The translations under genes were made by a program, and so were the position numbers. From Minisyncoccia bacterium (GTDB lineage Bacteria > Patescibacteriota > Minisyncoccia > Phycocordibacterales > UBA9973), in NCBI GenBank assembly GCA_965656375.1, contig CBFHKH010000001.1, positions 13,432 to 77,431 of the forward strand: a stretch of DNA of 64,000 bases, written 5' to 3'. The notes beneath the pieces are model-generated. The model saw only the letters and a program-made list of their open reading frames with translations. It did not search any database and was not told the origin of the DNA. Positions within the stretch are counted from its first letter, which is position 1, and every line of letters begins with the position of its first letter. Positions 59,770 through 64,000 of the stretch are shown here, in pieces.

Positions 59770-60363
59770 TTATCTTGATATGTCAGCAATTTCTAAGAAT
59801 AGCTTTTCCATTACAGTTTCATAAGATTTATAAAATTCTTTTGCAAATCGTCCCATGCCTGGAGGTAGGGAAATTTGTTGGAAATTGGCTGCAACAGTAG
59901 GGGCAATTTCTTTAAACTTATCTGTTAATTCATCTTTGCCTGGTATTTTATACGGATCAAGTGGTAGGTCAATTGATTGATTTTTATCCACATGCATTGT
60001 CAGCGTATGTTCACCTTCCTTGTAATTTACCTGAAACAGATTTTTACCAGTATATTTTTTGCCGTCAAATCCGTAATTCGTAGTGAAATCTGCATTATCT
60101 CCATTTTGGGTGTACATTCTCAGGGAATAAACACCTTCACCTGATTTATGAAATTGCAGTACTGTGGTTTGATCGTCCTTGGATATAAATTCAGATCTTT
60201 CATCAAAAGCTTTATGTGAGGCTATTGATAATTTTTCAGATCCTTCAAAAAAATTCCAATATAACTTATAAAAGCCGTATAGGAAATTTACAGGAAAGAT
60301 CCGGTACTGCTTAGGTAATTCATCAGATGATAAATAACCGAGTATTAATGAATTTGTTAACAT
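59770..60363 (-). CDS. Hypothetical 197-aa protein
   Basis: Complete ORF. No motif was recognised. Confidence 0.4.
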   Translation of the reverse strand: MLTNSLILGYLSSDELPKQYRIFPVNFLYGFYKLYWNFFEGSEKLSIASHKAFDERSEFISKDDQTTVLQFHKSGEGVYSLRMYTQNGDNADFTTNYGFDGKKYTGKNLFQVNYKEGEHTLTMHVDKNQSIDLPLDPYKIPGKDELTDKFKEIAPTVAANFQQISLPPGMGRFAKEFYKSYETVMEKLFLEIADISR

Positions 60364-60482
60364 AGTATTAAAATTTTAAGGTTTACGATTAATATAACTA
60401 TACAATATAATTTAGATTTATGCAAATATTGTAGATGATCAACTCTAGACGCTCTACTCTATAGGCGATATACTGTACATAT

Positions 60483-61484
60483 ATGATACGAGTTGGAGTT
60501 ATTCGAGGAGGTATAAGTTCTGAATACGATGTGTCGCTCAATACAGGCGCAAATGTTCTTGCTCATTTGCGGAGTGAGCATATGTCTGATACATACAAAC
60601 CGATCGATATCTATATCGATAAAGCTGGCGCATGGCATGTTGCTGGCAAACCTGCAACACTCGAAGATATTTCCAAAAAAGTAGATGTCGTATTCAATGC
60701 ACTTCACGGTGACTTTGGGGAAGATGGCAAAGTGCAAACACTCCTTGATCAATGGGGTATACCATATACTGGATCGAAAGCATTTCCATCTGCTCTCGGA
60801 TATAACAAAGCCCTCGCTAAAGAAAGATTCAAAGCACTCGGCATACAGACCCCGCAATCGGTTATCATCACCATGGATAGTATTGATAGAGAGAAAGATC
60901 TGCGCGCGACAGCAAAAGAACAAGCACGATTCGTCTGGAGCAAGATCGCACCGCCATGGGTAGTCAAACCGATCTCAAGCGGATCATCAGTTGGTGTAAA
61001 AGTTTCGAAGACATTCCCTGAGCTTGAGAGTGCGATTGAATCTTGTATTACTGGTAACACTGATATCCTTGTTGAAGAGATGATCGAAGGTAAAGAAGCA
61101 ACCGTCGGAGTAGTAGAGGGTTTTCGTGGTAAAGATATCTACACGCTCCCGCCGATTGAGATACGTGTTCCAAAGCATAAAACATTCTTCGACTATGACG
61201 CCAAGTATTCGGGAATTTCCGAAGAGATTTGCCCTGGTAATTTCACGCATGCAGAAAAAGAGGAATTACAAAAGATGGCATCTCTCATCCATAGCGGGCT
61301 TGATCTCAGTCATTACTCACGAAGTGATTTTATCGTTCACCCAAAGAAGGGAATATACGCGCTTGAGGTCAATACGCTTCCAGGTCTCACTGATGAGTCT
61401 CTGACCCCAAAGGCTTTGAACGCCGTCGGTGCAACAATGCCGGAATTTCTTAGGCATATTCTCAACCTTGCCCACAAGAGGTAA
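60483..61484 (+). CDS. ddl: D-alanine--D-alanine ligase
   Basis: The ATP-grasp protein shows VGVIRGGISSEYDVSL, ALHGDFGEDG and EVNTLPGLT. Confidence 0.9.
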   Translation: MIRVGVIRGGISSEYDVSLNTGANVLAHLRSEHMSDTYKPIDIYIDKAGAWHVAGKPATLEDISKKVDVVFNALHGDFGEDGKVQTLLDQWGIPYTGSKAFPSALGYNKALAKERFKALGIQTPQSVIITMDSIDREKDLRATAKEQARFVWSKIAPPWVVKPISSGSSVGVKVSKTFPELESAIESCITGNTDILVEEMIEGKEATVGVVEGFRGKDIYTLPPIEIRVPKHKTFFDYDAKYSGISEEICPGNFTHAEKEELQKMASLIHSGLDLSHYSRSDFIVHPKKGIYALEVNTLPGLTDESLTPKALNAVGATMPEFLRHILNLAHKR

Positions 61485-61504
61485 GTGTGGTATAATTTCC
61501 TCAC

Positions 61505-62563
61505 ATGAATAGATTTCTAAAGGCTTTAAAACATTTTTTCATACCGCATAAGCACAACGACTACAAGCCGCATCTCCTTCGTGAGGTTTCTATTGTCTCA
61601 ATCACTATTGGTGCTATTGTACTCCTATCTATTTCTGCAGGTACAAGCCTTTATATAAAGAATACAAATATGACCGCTACAGTCCTTCCGGCTGTGCTTG
61701 TCGACCTTACAAACAATGTCCGTGCATCGAATAATGAACGGATACTTACTCGTAGTGACGTACTCGATACCGCAGCACGGCTTAAAGCAGAAGACATGGC
61801 TCGCAATGGTTACTTTGCTCATACGAGTCCCGCTGGTCTTTCTCCATGGCATTGGTTCAATGAAGCAGGATATTCTTTTAAATACGCAGGAGAGAACCTC
61901 GCAATAGACTTTAGTGAGTCTGTAGATGTACAAAATGCATGGCTCAACTCTCCAACACACAAGGCAAATATCTTGGGAAGTCGTTTTACTGAGATCGGTA
62001 TCGCTACTGTAGATGGTATGTATCAAGGTCACGCAACTACATATGTAGTAGAGATGTTCGGAATGCCCGCAGCTTCACCAATTGCAAAGGCTAAGAGTCC
62101 TACACCTGCGAAAGTAGAAACAGGTATGCAAGCCGGACCTGTTCCTTTGACTGAAGCTCCTATCACAGTTAGAACTGCGCCAGCAGTTGAAGGTGAGTCC
62201 ATTGCACTTCCACCAGAGCAAAATCTTGAAACAGTAACAGAAACGAAAGAATTCGTAGAAGTAAAGAATAATGCTACACAAGAAAAAGTAGAGACACCTA
62301 TTATACAGGAAGTACACTACTCAAAGTGGTACGAGAAGTTTATGTTCCTCACTCCAGCGTATGCGAATCTCATCTACAAGATATGTATGTGGGTAGTTCT
62401 TGTAGCGCTTCTTCTTATGATAATCATAGAGTTTCGAAGACAGCATCTCCGAAATATATTCTATGGAGTTTTACTCTTGGTCATAATGTTCTCCTTTGTG
62501 TATATCAACAAGGCTCTGTTCATAAATAGCTTTTCATCAGAACCTATTATAAATTTTATCTAA
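61505..62563 (+). CDS. CAP / SCP / PR-1-like domain protein with an N-terminal TM and a C-terminal TM anchor
   Basis: The CAP core is ARLKAEDMARNGYFAHTSP...KYAGENLA...AWLNSPTHKANIL. A Pro/Glu-rich linker and C-terminal hydrophobic helices follow. Confidence 0.7.
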   Translation: MNRFLKALKHFFIPHKHNDYKPHLLREVSIVSITIGAIVLLSISAGTSLYIKNTNMTATVLPAVLVDLTNNVRASNNERILTRSDVLDTAARLKAEDMARNGYFAHTSPAGLSPWHWFNEAGYSFKYAGENLAIDFSESVDVQNAWLNSPTHKANILGSRFTEIGIATVDGMYQGHATTYVVEMFGMPAASPIAKAKSPTPAKVETGMQAGPVPLTEAPITVRTAPAVEGESIALPPEQNLETVTETKEFVEVKNNATQEKVETPIIQEVHYSKWYEKFMFLTPAYANLIYKICMWVVLVALLLMIIIEFRRQHLRNIFYGVLLLVIMFSFVYINKALFINSFSSEPIINFI

Positions 62564-62577
62564 ACTCGAAATACTAA

Positions 62578-62609
62578 AAATACCCCTATAGATAATGGGT
62601 ATTTTTTGA
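62578..62609 (+). terminator. Rho-independent terminator after the CAP-domain gene
   Basis: The hairpin aataccc ctatagataat gggtatt is followed by ttttg. Confidence 0.5.
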
Positions 62610-62742
62610 TTTAAATGTTATGCACTCGTTATGCACCATTCGTAAATTGACATAATCGCAATTTACTATAATGTGAGGTATACAGACGTTTTTATACGTT
62701 TTTTAACAATTAATTATTAGCTTTTAATAGATATTTTATTTT

Positions 62743-64000
62743 ATGTTTACTCTAAAAAGGGATTCAAATCTCAAATCTGTTTCTGCAGGAGTTCTCGCAT
62801 TCATGATGGCATTCGGCGGACTTTTTGGCCTCGCTCCGAAAGCCTTCGCAGCGAGTATCAGTACATACAGTGATTCTGGATGTACAACACCTGCAAGTTC
62901 TTTTAACACAGGTGCAGTAGTATATATCGGTGGATCAGACTATACCGTTGCTCAAGATCCACAATGGTCAGTGAGCGGTCTTAATGTCGATGATGCTGGT
63001 GTCACAACTGCATCAGGAGGAAATATTTGTTTTTCTCTTCGCACAATAGGTGCTACTGAAAGTGGTTCTTATAATGTATCTGTTATCCAAACTAATGGAG
63101 ACGAGATCATTAGTGGTTCTACTTCATACACTGTCGTAGTTCCAACTACAACAAGTACACAGCCTGCGACAGACATCACATCAAGTGATGCAACGCTTAA
63201 TGGTACTAATGGATCAGGAGCTGCAAGCGAAGAATCATTCTGGGTATCACTTGCTCCGTTTGACACTTCAACTCCTAACATCCCAGCTGATGTGTACTCA
63301 ACACCAGTTCTTCCAGGGGTTCCAGCAAATGCAACATTCTCAACATCACTTTCAATCGTCAGTACAAACGGTATCATCACAGGTGGTGCATCAGGCAACC
63401 TTGCGATCACACCAAACACAACATACTACTACGTAGCATGGGCAAACTTTGACGGTGGATGGAAGCCAGGTGAGATAGAGAGCTTTACTACACTCGCTGT
63501 AGTTCCGCCTCCAACACCAGCAGAGTGTAACGACAGTACATTTGATATGTTCACACTCGGTTCAGTAAACGGTCAGGATGGCTGGAGTGCGACTGGTCCA
63601 TTTGATCAGGAAGTTGAAGAAAATACATATGGCTTCTCTGGCTTTGGATGTAAAGTCCTCCGCATCTCAGATGCGATCGCGTCAGGTTCATTTGGTGATC
63701 AGATCTTCTCAAAGTCTCTAACAAATGAAGCAGGTGAGGCAGATGCCCAGAATGGTGGTATGTCATCTGGTACACGTCAGAGTCGTTTCGAAGCGCAGTT
63801 TGAGCTTGCGTCAGCACTTCCTACATACCAACCAGGAATGCATTTCACAGTTTCTCCAGATCGAGGAGATGGTGCTCGCATGAGTTACCTCCGCTTTGAA
63901 GATACTCCAGCAGGTATAGATGTATTCTTCTATGATGTACAGGGTGAGACAAATCCTGCAAACTTTGTAGAGACACAGATTGCAAATGATCTCTCTCGAA
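62743..64000 (+). CDS. Secreted Thr/Ser-rich hypothetical protein; 3' end beyond the window
   Basis: The frame from the ATG at 62743 stays open to the window end, so the ORF tracker did not list it. The signal peptide is LKSVSAGVLAFMMAFGGLFGLAPKAFAAS. Confidence 0.55.
   Translation, partial: MFTLKRDSNLKSVSAGVLAFMMAFGGLFGLAPKAFAASISTYSDSGCTTPASSFNTGAVVYIGGSDYTVAQDPQWSVSGLNVDDAGVTTASGGNICFSLRTIGATESGSYNVSVIQTNGDEIISGSTSYTVVVPTTTSTQPATDITSSDATLNGTNGSGAASEESFWVSLAPFDTSTPNIPADVYSTPVLPGVPANATFSTSLSIVSTNGIITGGASGNLAITPNTTYYYVAWANFDGGWKPGEIESFTTLAVVPPPTPAECNDSTFDMFTLGSVNGQDGWSATGPFDQEVEENTYGFSGFGCKVLRISDAIASGSFGDQIFSKSLTNEAGEADAQNGGMSSGTRQSRFEAQFELASALPTYQPGMHFTVSPDRGDGARMSYLRFEDTPAGIDVFFYDVQGETNPANFVETQIANDLSR

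Overview
This 64 kb window has about 40% GC and is almost entirely coding. The housekeeping backbone is mostly on the + strand: rnc (5' partial), a short smc, rpsP, a KH-domain protein, trmD, rpoB, rpoC, dnaG, rpoD, archaeal/eukaryotic-type proS, mreB, mreC, tgt, uvrB, uvrA, a short uvrC and ddl. rnr, the tRNA-Thr(UGU) gene and the rpsB-tsf operon lie on the - strand. Several AT-rich islands of hypothetical genes, mostly on the - strand, are interspersed. The gene content and order point to a small-genome, Gram-positive-like lineage, plausibly Candidate Phyla Radiation/Patescibacteria; this is inference only. Supporting features are: rnc followed by a short smc; rpsP-KH-trmD without rimM; a Lys-rich sigma-70 N-terminus; a UvrC lacking the HhH tail; many small membrane hypotheticals.

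The most striking region is a ~16 kb surface/adhesion island at 9.1-25.3 kb, inserted between trmD and rpoB. It contains two paralogous WxL-like secreted proteins flanking a DUF916/DUF3324-like membrane-anchored protein, the architecture of Firmicutes Csc/WxL cell-surface clusters. It also has a polytopic FN3/Cys-Pro-repeat membrane protein and a small excisionase-type HTH protein with a TM anchor. Last in the island is a 3,721-aa Gly/Ser/Thr/Asn-rich fiber-like giant protein. Its C-terminus carries the conserved S-D-x-R-L-K-N-I ... IAQEV module of phage tail-spike/endosialidase intramolecular chaperone (peptidase S74) autocleavage domains, with no other phage genes nearby.

A second accessory region at 37.4-43.3 kb combines a DsbA-like oxidoreductase, a Cys-tagged DUF378 protein, a processive GT2 synthase with a QxxRW motif, a thioredoxin-like membrane protein with a CDEC motif, and a GtrA / GT-C / GtrB-like lipid-linked glycosylation triad.

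Other notable items are a CapA-VanY fusion next to a polysaccharide deacetylase, an exact 15-nt duplicate of the tRNA-Thr 5' end, a palindromic repeat family around rpsB-tsf, and AT-rich insertions splitting uvrB, uvrA and uvrC. No CRISPR arrays, rRNA or transposases were seen.
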